A DNA stretch of 64,000 bases from Candidatus Sericytochromatia bacterium (GTDB taxonomy: Bacteria; Cyanobacteriota; Sericytochromatia; S15B-MN24; JAQBPE01). Positions 1 to 9,542 of this stretch are shown in pieces. Location of the stretch: NCBI GenBank assembly GCA_040400605.1, contig JBBAPZ010000002.1:123650-187649 (forward strand), given 5' to 3'. Under the pieces are notes generated by a model. That model worked only from the letters and a program-made list of their open reading frames with translations. It was not told the DNA's origin and made no database searches. The translations under genes and the position numbers were made by a program. Numbering within the stretch: position 1 is the stretch's first letter; each line of letters opens with the position of its first letter.

Positions 1-1
1 T

Positions 2-982
2 GGGGTCATCGTCGGGCCGTCGGATGCCAATGCATCACCAATCGCATTGCCTTCGATCACTGCCTCGGAGCATCCCGGCGCCAAAACCCTTGGGGGCCAC
101 GAGGAGATTACCACTCCCGGAGCACCCCAGCCACAGGCTTCCGTGGCCGCGACGGGAGTGTCCCAAGGCTCAGAGACTGCAGCTACCGGAGCCTCCCAGC
201 GTCCGGAGAGCGCGTCTGTCAAGGGCGCTGCGACTGGCCCACATCAAGCGGATACCGCCCGTTCGTGGGTCGCGCAACTCGTTTCGCGCTCAGTGTTGAG
301 CAGGCCCACTGCCGCCCCAGTCAATCGTGACGTCCAGCAAGGGGCCGCTTTGGTGCAGCAAGCGCGGGCGCATCTGGCACAACGGCAATGGGTAAATGCG
401 CTAAAGTGTCTGCAGGCTTCGCTCGATTACGCCCCGGCCCAAAGTGATACCTATCTGTTAATGGCGCAGTGCCTGCAGGCGTCCCGCGCGAGCGGGGATG
501 CGCTGCACCACGCGGTGGTGGCGGTGATGCTGAGTCCAAGGGAAGTCAGTGTGCAGCGTCTCGCCATGCATTACGCGTGGGTAGCGGGCTACGTGGGGTG
601 GGCGTTTCATTGGGCGCAGTCGCTTTACAGGCAAGCCCCTGCTGCGGACGTTGCCGATCTTGGCCGCATCGCACGGGCTTGGCTCACCTTGCAGTCTCAG
701 GCCAACACCGCGTTTTGCATGCCGTGCCGTAAGCCGCAGTTGGTGGACGCCCGCTCACGATGTGATGCGTGTCAGGCACCATTAGTCGGGGCCCCGGCTA
801 ACGCCCAATCGCTGAAAGGGTTGTTGCTGCTTCAGCACGGGGCGCCGCATGGGCGACTTTTTGTTGGTGCCCCCTGCGCCCGGTGTCAAAGGGACACGGC
901 GCTCATTCTTGCTTCAGGCGGCGCGCGCTGCGCCCATTGTCACGATTTTGCTCTTCATGCATCCCCCACTGTGCAGGCCTGA
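2..982 (+). CDS. TPR-repeat protein with C-terminal double zinc ribbon (5' end probably outside window)
   Basis: Frame open back to window start; low-complexity linker, TPR-like helices (ARAHLAQRQWVNALKCLQASLDYAP), four CxxC pairs (CMPC, CDAC, CARC, CAHC). Confidence 0.7.
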   Translation, partial: GVIVGPSDANASPIALPSITASEHPGAKTLGGHEEITTPGAPQPQASVAATGVSQGSETAATGASQRPESASVKGAATGPHQADTARSWVAQLVSRSVLSRPTAAPVNRDVQQGAALVQQARAHLAQRQWVNALKCLQASLDYAPAQSDTYLLMAQCLQASRASGDALHHAVVAVMLSPREVSVQRLAMHYAWVAGYVGWAFHWAQSLYRQAPAADVADLGRIARAWLTLQSQANTAFCMPCRKPQLVDARSRCDACQAPLVGAPANAQSLKGLLLLQHGAPHGRLFVGAPCARCQRDTALILASGGARCAHCHDFALHASPTVQA

Positions 983-1129
983 AGTGGCCTGATTTCGTCG
1001 CCAATGCGAACTAAACCCAACAAGGGGTGCTGAGGAATTTGGTCGCCGGCACCGTGGAGCCGGTACGGGCTCAGTGTTAGGATACCCGAGCGTCCAAGGG
1101 CCGTCGCCCTTTCAGCTCAGGAGGTGCCT

Positions 1130-1351
1130 ATGCGCAATCGAACATCCCGTCAGCCCATTCGATGGGAGGCCGCCAACCTGGAACAGAATCGCTTCGGGCG
1201 GGTGCTGTTGGAAGCGTCCGAGCGTAAGAAGCTGTTGACACCCTTGAGCCGGCCATCGTTTGCCGCTGAGTTTTTTCGGGATAACCCGATGCCGTGGTTG
1301 CTTGATAGCGATCCGGCAATCGCGATCGACGACGGCGTCGATTGCGTGTAA
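1130..1351 (+). CDS. small hypothetical protein (73 aa)
   Basis: Strong RBS AGGAGG just upstream of ATG; fills an otherwise empty intergenic space. Confidence 0.6.
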   Translation: MRNRTSRQPIRWEAANLEQNRFGRVLLEASERKKLLTPLSRPSFAAEFFRDNPMPWLLDSDPAIAIDDGVDCV

Positions 1352-1454
1352 CAAGGCGATAGGTAGGGCTCGTTGGCGTATGCACCGTTTGTGCTGTAAT
1401 CTGACTGCAAGGTTGGTTTGTAGTAGACGATACGGACAGGGAGCATTGACAGAA

Positions 1455-1925
1455 ATGAAGAAGTTTTGCATGCGTTCACGGGGTGATACGAAGTTTTTGA
1501 TGGGCACTTTGCTCATTGCATCGACGTTTTTGGGTGGGTGCATGGCAACTCACATGAAGGCGATGGATGCAGAGTACCCGATTTCGTTGTCTTCTAAGCC
1601 GCGAGGCACTTATGTCAAACCGTTTAAGGTCGAACTGAAATCGCATCATTTCATTTTCGGGTTGTTTAACCTTGCTGGTGACCCCAATGTCACCAAAGCC
1701 ATTGACACGGAGGTCAAGCGTGCAGGCGGCAGAGGCGTCATGAATCTCCGCATGACAACGGTCAATACCTTTGGTGATATGATTCTACCTGGTTTGGTGG
1801 TTGCTGGGGGCTCCTTTGTTCTGAACGCATCAGACGCGACGAGACCCTTTATCGGGGTTTTAGGGTTACTACCGGCTATATGGTCGCAGAACTCGTTGAT
1901 CGTTGAAGGTGACATCATCAAGTAA
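1455..1925 (+). CDS. putative lipoprotein (Bor/TRL-like)
   Basis: Lipobox-like FLGGC after hydrophobic stretch; HHFIFGL motif, C-terminal VEGDII. Confidence 0.6.
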   Translation: MKKFCMRSRGDTKFLMGTLLIASTFLGGCMATHMKAMDAEYPISLSSKPRGTYVKPFKVELKSHHFIFGLFNLAGDPNVTKAIDTEVKRAGGRGVMNLRMTTVNTFGDMILPGLVVAGGSFVLNASDATRPFIGVLGLLPAIWSQNSLIVEGDIIK

Positions 1926-2085
1926 CGGATGAAGTGGGTTTTAAAACCCAAACGGGTCGCTGCGACGGGTTGTTCGCGGCGGCTTTTTTGTTTTGAACTT
2001 GGTAAATGTGGTATCAAGGTAGCGTGCGAGCTCTGTAATGGGGACGCAGGCGCGTCTCGCGTTTTTCAAGAGAAAGGCTTTAAAC

Positions 2086-3165
2086 ATGATCAATCTGGAA
2101 AAACGGACGGTTGATTGGGTCGAGGAATTGCTTGGTGCTGATGCTGAGGCCTTGTTGAACCATCGTTCGACCCATATTGCCAAGGAGCATTTGCACTTAC
2201 CAGGGCCTGATTTCGTGGAGCGGATCTTTCTTCACTCTGATCGCCCACAACCGGTGGTGAACAATCTGCAACGCCTGTTTAATACCGGCCGCCTGTCAGG
2301 AACGGGCTACCTCTCGATTTTTCCTGTAGACCAAGGCATCGAGCACAGTGCCGGGGCGTCTTTTGCAAAGAACCCGATTTATTTCGACCCGGAAAACATT
2401 ATTCGTCTGGCGATCGAAGGGGGTTGTAACGGGGTGGCATCGACCTTTGGGGTCCTGTCGGGCCTCGCGCGCAAGTATGCGCACCGGATTCCGTTTGTGG
2501 TGAAGCTTAATCACAACGAGTTTTTGAGTTATCCCAACACCTATGATCAGGTCATGTTCGGCACGGTCGAGGATGCTTATCAGATGGGGGCGGCGGCTGT
2601 GGGGGCGACGATTTACTTTGGTTCACCCGAGTCACGTCGGCAAATCGTGGAAGTGGCTGAGGCTTTCGCGCGGGCACACGAGTTGGGGATGGCCACCATT
2701 TTGTGGTGTTACACCCGTAACAATGCGTTCAAGCAGGGCGACAAGGATTATCATACGGCGATGGATTTGTCTTCGCAGGCGTGTCATCTGGGGAGCACGA
2801 TCAAGGCGGATATCATCAAGCAGAAGTTACCCGAGGTGCATGCGTCGGGTTATGACGCAGTGAAGTTTGGCAAGACGGATAAGCGGGTGTATAGCGAGTT
2901 GTCGAGTGCGCATCCGATTGATATGACGCGGTATCAGGTGGCGAACTGTTATATGGGGCGGGCGGGGCTGATTAATTCCGGCGGCGCGTCGAGTGGGGAG
3001 TCGGATTTGGCCGAGTCCGTGCGCACGGCGATCATCAACAAGCGCGCGGGCGGGATGGGTCTGATTCTGGGGCGCCGCGCGTTCCAGCGCCCGTTTGAAG
3101 AAGGCGTGCAGTTGTTGCAGGCGGTGCAGGATGTGTACCTGTCTGAGGCGATCACGATCGCATAG
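2086..3165 (+). CDS. fbaB: class I fructose-bisphosphate aldolase (DhnA/FbaB type)
   Basis: Motifs [35 protein letters not shown]. Confidence 0.95.
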   Translation: MINLEKRTVDWVEELLGADAEALLNHRSTHIAKEHLHLPGPDFVERIFLHSDRPQPVVNNLQRLFNTGRLSGTGYLSIFPVDQGIEHSAGASFAKNPIYFDPENIIRLAIEGGCNGVASTFGVLSGLARKYAHRIPFVVKLNHNEFLSYPNTYDQVMFGTVEDAYQMGAAAVGATIYFGSPESRRQIVEVAEAFARAHELGMATILWCYTRNNAFKQGDKDYHTAMDLSSQACHLGSTIKADIIKQKLPEVHASGYDAVKFGKTDKRVYSELSSAHPIDMTRYQVANCYMGRAGLINSGGASSGESDLAESVRTAIINKRAGGMGLILGRRAFQRPFEEGVQLLQAVQDVYLSEAITIA

Positions 3166-3182
3166 TCCTGGTAGACAAAATG

Positions 3183-3222
3183 CAGGGCGTGTGTCGTTGA
3201 TTCGCACACGCCCTGTTTTTTT
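3183..3222 (+). terminator. intrinsic terminator after fbaB
   Basis: CAGGGCGTGTG...CACACGCCCTG stem followed by T run. Confidence 0.85.
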
Positions 3223-3262
3223 GAGCGTCTAACTTCAGCCCAATGATTGAGTCGGTCAGAGC

Positions 3263-4741
3263 CTATTCGCGGACGATTTTGCCATTTTTCCAGTTGTGCT
3301 TCATGGTGATGGTTTTGACGGTGCCATCTGGCTGTTCAATCTGGCGCAATACGGCGCCTTTGACCGCTGCGGTGTAGCGCAGGTCCGGCAGATTCTTCAC
3401 GTCAACCAGGATCGCCCCGCTCAAGTCTGCCCCACTGACATCAGCGCCGGCCATGTCAGAGTTCACGAAACTGGTGCGACGGGTCAGGGCGCCTCTGAAA
3501 TCGGTGTTACGAAGATCGTTATTCACAAGTCGGGCATTATCCGCCCGGGCTGCTCTGAACGATGCCCCCCGAAGGTCCGAACCCATGATCCTTGCCTCTG
3601 TGATATCGGCGCCCTCAAATTTTGCGTCGCGCAGTCGACTGCTCACGACCAATGCTTTTCGCAAACTCGCCTCGGAAAAGTCCACGCCCCGTCCTCGGAC
3701 GTCAACGAAAGAGGCACGTTTGTATTTTGCACGATGGAAGCTGGCGCCGCCCATACGAGTTCCCTTAAAAGAGGGTTTTTCGCCTGTCGAGCGCTTGAGA
3801 CTCGCCCCGCCGAGTTTAGCATAATCGAATGTGGTTTCGTCGAGTGTCGTGTTGTAGAACTTAGCTTTAGGCGCGTGGATACCTGAGAGATCAGCGTGGG
3901 AGAGATTACTGTAATCGAAACCGGCTTCCGTTGCCTTCGCCTTCCTCAGAGTCGCTCGGGTCCAATCGTTACCCCCCGTGGACAAATTATCGAGCTTGGC
4001 CCCGTTGAAGTTTGCCCCACTAAAACTGCCGCTGGCGCTGGTTTTGGACAGATCAGCATTAACAAACTGCGCGCGATTGAAGTTCCCTTGGATTTCGGCA
4101 ATGGACATGTCACTGCCATTGAAGACGGCTCCCGAATATTCCCCGCGATCGATCCTCAGGTAACGCAAATCGGCTTTGTCAAAATTGACACCTTTCGCCT
4201 GCGCGTTCTCGATTTTAATGGATCGTGCTTTTGCTCCGGTAAATATCGCACCATCAAGTTTGGGATCGACTAGCAGTGCGTTTGCCAGTGAGACACGCTC
4301 AAGGCGTGTTGCCCTTCTACCTGCCTCTCGAGGAAGGGGTGAAAAATCTGGACTGTGAGCCCGAATCTTGTCCAAGTTGGCGCCGGTGAAGTCTGCTCCA
4401 CGCGCACTGAACTCATCTAAATTTGAACCACTAAAATCACTCAAGTTAAATGCAGCACCATCCGCAACGGCACCACCCAGACGACTTTTAGGCGCCTCCG
4501 CACCGATTACTTGTGCGCCCCGTAGGTTAAACTTTTCCAGGTCCCAGTTGGGACGCTGCAACCCTGGCCTGACGGCGGCCCCCTTTAACGGGCTTGGCGA
4601 GATCCCGAACGTATCCCGAGCAAATCGCCCAGCGTTGAGGTCTGCTTCGGTAATGCGACGGTTGAACAACTGTCCCGGCCGCTCGGCTACCACCTGCTTT
4701 GATGCCTTCATGATTGCGCCTGCAACCTGATTGATCCCCAT
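3263..4741 (-). CDS. long pentapeptide-repeat protein
   Basis: Dozens of A(D/N)(L/F)xx repeats (ADFTGANLD, ANFNGAKLD, ADVSGADLSGA); RBS GGAGG before ATG 4741. Confidence 0.9.
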   Translation of the reverse strand: MGINQVAGAIMKASKQVVAERPGQLFNRRITEADLNAGRFARDTFGISPSPLKGAAVRPGLQRPNWDLEKFNLRGAQVIGAEAPKSRLGGAVADGAAFNLSDFSGSNLDEFSARGADFTGANLDKIRAHSPDFSPLPREAGRRATRLERVSLANALLVDPKLDGAIFTGAKARSIKIENAQAKGVNFDKADLRYLRIDRGEYSGAVFNGSDMSIAEIQGNFNRAQFVNADLSKTSASGSFSGANFNGAKLDNLSTGGNDWTRATLRKAKATEAGFDYSNLSHADLSGIHAPKAKFYNTTLDETTFDYAKLGGASLKRSTGEKPSFKGTRMGGASFHRAKYKRASFVDVRGRGVDFSEASLRKALVVSSRLRDAKFEGADITEARIMGSDLRGASFRAARADNARLVNNDLRNTDFRGALTRRTSFVNSDMAGADVSGADLSGAILVDVKNLPDLRYTAAVKGAVLRQIEQPDGTVKTITMKHNWKNGKIVRE

Positions 4742-5016
4742 CTTTGCCTCCAACGCCTGCTAAACACATTCCTTACACTTTGTTAATAGGCTATTGGGGT
4801 TACAAATGAGTTCCAAAACTGCGTAGGTAACATTGTGATCCAGCTAATGTCTCATTAATATTTGGGAGTGCGGTCACAGTCAGCGTGGAGCAACTGGCAT
4901 CAACCTGCGGGTTTACTGCCTGAGTGTTGCATCATCTCTATATTATCGTCACTGGCAAATGGTTAGTGATGTTTCCTTGTATGCACTGTTCGCGTGTCAT
5001 CGTCAAAGACGGCAAT

Positions 5017-5047
5017 AAAAAAACCTGGGGTGCCATGCACCCCAGGT
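5017..5047 (-). terminator. intrinsic terminator after ATP-grasp gene
   Basis: ACCTGGGGTGC/GCACCCCAGGT 11-bp stem with T run on minus strand. Confidence 0.85.
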
Positions 5048-5074
5048 AAATGCGAAAGGAACCAGCGAGACTTA

Positions 5075-6262
5075 TCAGGCCTTGGCCGGTACGTGAACGG
5101 TGAAGTCATGCGCGAAACGTTGGGCGTACTGAGTTAACAGTTCCTCTACGCGTGCTTGGTCAGGCGATCGCACGATGAGACCCGCATGCCACTTGCGCGC
5201 TTGACGGTAAACAATCTCCGAATCAGTGTAAGCGGAGAGGTCAGGGTTCTCCGAATTCGCAAGCGTGATGATGACACCCGCGTACTCATCACGAACTGGG
5301 TCCATTTGGGCCGGCCCTTGGGCAATCTCAATGCGTGCCCATTCGTGCCACAAACAGATGCCCTGACCATGCCAGATGACATCGGGGATGCGAGCCGCAC
5401 CCACGCGCGCCCCGGCTTCAAGGAAGTAGAACTTGCCGTCTTCGCGGCTCTTGATGTATTCGATATGGGTTACGCCGCGACGCAGACCTAGCGACTTGAC
5501 GACATCCCGGTTAAGTGACTGTAAAGCAATTTCGTCATCGCTGCCACGTTGGATCAATCGCGTGGTGTAAATGCCGCCGCCTTTGTTGAGGTCCAACATC
5601 GGGGTGCCATAACGCGAACATGCCGCAAATTTAACCTCGTGCTCCTGAACGACGGAGTCCACGTGATAGACATCACCCGGCGTAAACTTCTCCAACAGAT
5701 TCAGTGACATCTTGTCCCCCAGCTTGTGTAGCAAGGGCCAAAGCTCATCGCGGTTGTTCACCTTGGTGATGCCCATGGAGGCCGCTTCTTGACGTGGCTT
5801 GAGGATCCAGGGGGCGGGCACGCGATCCAGATACTCGTGAATCTCACGCCAGTTAAACAAAGGCGTGAAATCCGGGACAGGCACGCCGTCTTCACGGGCC
5901 TTCATGCGCATGGCGAGCTTGTCGCGGAAGTAACGCATCGTGGTTTCGCCCATACCCGGGGAGCGGAAGTGTTCACGCAGGAAGGACGCCACTTCCATCT
6001 CCCAGTCGCCCATTGGAACAATGCGGTCAAACTTGATGTCCCGTGAAATGAAGCTGACAGCGTTACGGACCTGCGTCTCGTTGAACAAGTCCGGCATCGC
6101 GAACACGTCGGTGATCACATCACGCGGCCAAGGCTCACTCAAGCGTTTTTCAGAAGTCAGGACATAGATGTTGTGTCCAAGCCGCTTCGCTTCCATCATA
6201 AATGGCCGCCCCATCAAAGTCGCGGCAATACACAGAATGTTCAGTGGTTTTGTGTCGGACAA
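5075..6262 (-). CDS. ATP-grasp domain protein (putative amide ligase)
   Basis: FRDKLAMR, WILKPR, LLEKF, HIEY...FLE.GAR ATP-grasp motifs; TTG start with purine-rich RBS. Confidence 0.85.
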   Translation of the reverse strand: MSDTKPLNILCIAATLMGRPFMMEAKRLGHNIYVLTSEKRLSEPWPRDVITDVFAMPDLFNETQVRNAVSFISRDIKFDRIVPMGDWEMEVASFLREHFRSPGMGETTMRYFRDKLAMRMKAREDGVPVPDFTPLFNWREIHEYLDRVPAPWILKPRQEAASMGITKVNNRDELWPLLHKLGDKMSLNLLEKFTPGDVYHVDSVVQEHEVKFAACSRYGTPMLDLNKGGGIYTTRLIQRGSDDEIALQSLNRDVVKSLGLRRGVTHIEYIKSREDGKFYFLEAGARVGAARIPDVIWHGQGICLWHEWARIEIAQGPAQMDPVRDEYAGVIITLANSENPDLSAYTDSEIVYRQARKWHAGLIVRSPDQARVEELLTQYAQRFAHDFTVHVPAKA

Positions 6263-6266
6263 GGTC

Positions 6267-6830
6267 TTATCCTTCCTCTCGTGGCTCAGGAGATGGTCGT
6301 GATTCAGCCAGGCGCCCAAGTGTTGCAGCCAAGCCGTTCACGCCCATTGTAGCGGGTATGCTTGCCTCACCGCTACCGTTCGGCCCGAAAGGCGGCGGGG
6401 CAGGCGCGATATCCAGGCGATCGAGTTTGCGCGCATTGCAAGACTGACACGCAGGCACCAGGTTTGAGATATCGTTACTGCCGCCTGCACTCAAGGGAAT
6501 GACGTGCTCCTTGACCAAGGCGCGGTCACTGCGTCCGCAATACGCGCAACGGGCGCCGTAAGCCTGTAACCGCGCCTGCCATTCCGCCTCGGTGTGCCCC
6601 CCGGGCGCCCGCTTGCGCCGTTTTACATACGCCTCGCGCATCGCCAACGCGCGTCGGTGACGCTCAGGCGTGCTGTGTGCCCAGCGAACGCGTTGCAGGT
6701 TGCAACAAATCCGACACTCAGTTCTGCGTCCACCCTTGCCGTCGGATTGAAAGTCCTCAATGAACTTTTCCTCCCGACAGATCCGACACAGTTGCATATC
6801 CGGCTCATCATCCCAGTCCAAGCGCTGCAA
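6267..6830 (-). CDS. HNH endonuclease with N-terminal Zn finger (phage/homing type)
   Basis: CAYCG...EHVIPLSAGGSNDISNLVPACQSCNARK HNH motif; N-terminal CRIC...K...F...CRIC; start may be ATG 6797. Confidence 0.9.
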   Translation of the reverse strand: MQRLDWDDEPDMQLCRICREEKFIEDFQSDGKGGRRTECRICCNLQRVRWAHSTPERHRRALAMREAYVKRRKRAPGGHTEAEWQARLQAYGARCAYCGRSDRALVKEHVIPLSAGGSNDISNLVPACQSCNARKLDRLDIAPAPPPFGPNGSGEASIPATMGVNGLAATLGRLAESRPSPEPREEG

Positions 6831-7036
6831 CCCTCCCCACAGAAAGATTTTGACAGGTGTGCGCTCTTTTTGACAACGTGATGGCCGTCGTCTTGTGGTT
6901 GCCTGCTCCGGTACACCTCTTTATGATGTTTTGGATTGCTGCACGATACAGAAAAGTGTTGATTGGTGATCGCATTCTGGCTGTCGCTGAACAACAGGGT
7001 GTGAGTGTCCGTTTTTTGAGCCTGGCACTCACGCTC

Positions 7037-7062
7037 TGAACACATGTTCGTCGGTCATTGTA
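7037..7062 (-). promoter_or_regulatory. putative LexA (SOS) box plus -10 element upstream of HNH gene
   Basis: Minus strand: TACAAT (7062-7057) then CGAACATGTGTTCA (7050-7037), matching GAAC-N4-GTTC. Confidence 0.6.
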
Positions 7063-7088
7063 TGGGATGCGACCACGTGTGAACACTT

Positions 7089-7111
7089 AAAAAAACCGTT
7101 TTCGGGTTTTT
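7089..7111 (-). terminator. putative intrinsic terminator
   Basis: Minus strand AAAAACCCGAAAACGGTTTTTTT, short hairpin plus T run. Confidence 0.45.
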
Positions 7112-7287
7112 CCAAACAATCAACCTTGAGCAAATCCCGGTAACCCGCATACGGAAAATGTCAGCCAACGATGAAACATGGGGTTTTTTGTGCACGAGTT
7201 ACTTATGTAGACACGCTTGGGGACACGACCTTGCATGGTTTTGAACACAAAACCACGCGTCACTATGTAACGGATCCTGAAGCAAAT

Positions 7288-7319
7288 GAGGGGCGGAGAC
7301 ATCTGTGCCTCCGCCCCTC
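7288..7319 (-). terminator. GC-rich hairpin downstream of esterase gene
   Basis: GAGGGGCGGAG...CTCCGCCCCTC 11-bp stem. Confidence 0.6.
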
Positions 7320-7359
7320 GGATACTGCGAGCGGATTACCCGCACGCCCTTCGTTGTGC

Positions 7360-8091
7360 CTAGAAAGCGTTTGCCAGGTACATCGGCAACATGCGCCGCC
7401 AGGTTGGCCAGTCGTGACGCATGTCAGAGCCCCAGACGTCGAGATTGGCCGGAATGCCCTTGGCCCAGAGATCACGCGCCATCCGGGCGGAATGCTCCGG
7501 CACTTCGTAGTCACCCGAACCCGTCAAGATGTGAATGTGGCGCTTGGCGCGCAGTTGGTCAAGATACCAGGAATCGTGCAAATTGGGCATGTAATACGTC
7601 GGCGAATTGAAATAGACGTTCTCATCACAGTAATCGCCAATAAATTGACGCATGTTATAGGTTCCGCTCATTGCGATGGTGCCATCGAAAAGATCCGGGT
7701 GCCGCAACAACACGTTCATCGCGTGATAGGCGCCCATGCTCGCACCCGTCGTGATGATGCCACTCCGCCTTCCCTGATGGTTCCAGATGAACGGCACGAC
7801 TTCCTTGGCCACATACGCGTCAAAATACCCATGCTTGCGGGCACGCTCAGCGGGATGCAAACGATTGTTCATCCACGTGTGCTGATTGACACTGTTAATC
7901 GAGTAAACCTTGACCTTGCCTTCGTCAATCAACGGCTTGATGACCGACAGCAGGTGAAAGCGCTCGTACTCTTCAAAGTCAGCCGCAGCCGTCGGGAACA
8001 TAAGCAGCGGAAAACCATAATGACCGTACACCGCAATGGGCATTTCGCCACCGATTCGCGGACTGTACCACCTGTGAACCTCTTTACGCAT
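7360..8091 (-). CDS. esterase family alpha/beta hydrolase
   Basis: Nucleophile elbow GASMG, C-terminal HDWPTW. Confidence 0.9.
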   Translation of the reverse strand: MRKEVHRWYSPRIGGEMPIAVYGHYGFPLLMFPTAAADFEEYERFHLLSVIKPLIDEGKVKVYSINSVNQHTWMNNRLHPAERARKHGYFDAYVAKEVVPFIWNHQGRRSGIITTGASMGAYHAMNVLLRHPDLFDGTIAMSGTYNMRQFIGDYCDENVYFNSPTYYMPNLHDSWYLDQLRAKRHIHILTGSGDYEVPEHSARMARDLWAKGIPANLDVWGSDMRHDWPTWRRMLPMYLANAF

Positions 8092-8315
8092 AAACCCTCA
8101 TCGCTAGCCAGATGCCCACCGCCACACTGACCTCAAGCCGATCGTGACGCCCTGACATCATTGTAAACCTTTCGTCAGCGACCCGTTGTCTTCACGCGGC
8201 GGATTTTGAAAAATTTAACCTTTTATTTAGGCATTTTTCACGTATTATTCTGTTTGCGGCAATTGTTTGGTGGGCGTTGGCGTCGGTTTGGCGCGTTTGA
8301 AGGGGTGGCAGGCAC

Positions 8316-9446
8316 GTGGGAGTCAAGTTCATTGAACATACAGGGTTGACTTATGATGATGTGCTGATTGTACCGAAACGTTCGTCGGTGCGTTCGCGTC
8401 GGGAGGTCAGTTTAAGCACGCGCCTGGTGGGTGACTTGACGCTGGAGCTGCCCATTATCAGTGCCAACATGGATACTGTCACGGAGCTGCGGATGGCGCA
8501 GGCTATGAACGCGGCCGGTGGCTTGGGTGTGATTCATCGGTTTATTCCGGATGCCGGCCTGCATTCGCAATGGGTGTCTGAGACGCCGGGAATCCGGATT
8601 CTGGCTGTGGGGGTCAAGGCATCGGATTTGGCGCGTATTCCTATGGTGAGCGGTTTGCATGGGGTTTTGATCGATGTTGCCCATGGTCACAGTGATCGCG
8701 TATTGGAGACGATCGCAGTTATACGGGATCGCCACCCCGACTTGTGGGTGATTGGGGGTAACGTCGCCACGGCGGAAGGGGCTTGGGATTTGCTTGAGGC
8801 TGGCGCTCACGCGGTCAAGGTGGGCGTTGGGCCCGGTGCGGTTTGCACCACGCGCATCGTGACGGGTTGCGGTGTGCCGCAGTTAAGCGCGGTGATCAAG
8901 GTGAAGGCTGCGATCAGCCGCTGGTGGGATGTCGAACGTCGCAAGGCGAACCCACGGTTGCAACAGCGTCCGACTGTGATTGCAGACGGTGGCATCCGGC
9001 ATTCAGGCGACATCGTCAAGGCGCTGGTTGCGGGTGCCGACACGGTGATGATTGGCAGCCTGTTTGCAGGCACCGATGAGGCACCGGGTGAGGTGATCGA
9101 ACGCGACGGCGAACGGGTCAAACTGTATCGCGGGATGGCCTCCGAAGGCGCCATGCGCGTGGTTGGCGCTGAACGCACACCGGAAGGGGTCTCAACGTAC
9201 CTGCCCTACAAAGGATCGATGGCAGGCTTGCTCGCATCGCTCGAGGGTGGTATCCGTTCTGGGCTCAGCTACTGCAATTCGAGCAGTATTGTTGATCTCC
9301 ACGAACAAACCATCGAAATGGTCCGCATCACGCAAGCGTCACTGCGCGAAAGTCATCCTCACGCCACCTCACGGCAACCGGCAGAAACTCGCATCGAGCC
9401 TGCTGGTGCGGAACCATCCGAAGCCGCACCCAACCCCTGTTTTTGA
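8316..9446 (+). CDS. IMP dehydrogenase/GMP reductase family protein lacking CBS domains
   Basis: [27 protein letters not shown] (catalytic Cys), ADGG, YRGMAS. Confidence 0.9.
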   Translation: MGVKFIEHTGLTYDDVLIVPKRSSVRSRREVSLSTRLVGDLTLELPIISANMDTVTELRMAQAMNAAGGLGVIHRFIPDAGLHSQWVSETPGIRILAVGVKASDLARIPMVSGLHGVLIDVAHGHSDRVLETIAVIRDRHPDLWVIGGNVATAEGAWDLLEAGAHAVKVGVGPGAVCTTRIVTGCGVPQLSAVIKVKAAISRWWDVERRKANPRLQQRPTVIADGGIRHSGDIVKALVAGADTVMIGSLFAGTDEAPGEVIERDGERVKLYRGMASEGAMRVVGAERTPEGVSTYLPYKGSMAGLLASLEGGIRSGLSYCNSSSIVDLHEQTIEMVRITQASLRESHPHATSRQPAETRIEPAGAEPSEAAPNPCF

Positions 9447-9542
9447 AACGAAAAACTGCATGGCAAGTGGCGTCGTGTAATCAAGGGGTAAACAAGACAA
9501 AAGTTGTCATGTTTGTGTTATACTCACCAGACAAGGAGGGTG

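Noticed and set aside
6267..6830. HNH as IscB/Cas9-like nuclease or intron-encoded homing endonuclease
   Set aside because: No RuvC segments, no PLMP motif, no repeat array; both flanking genes appear intact and uninterrupted.
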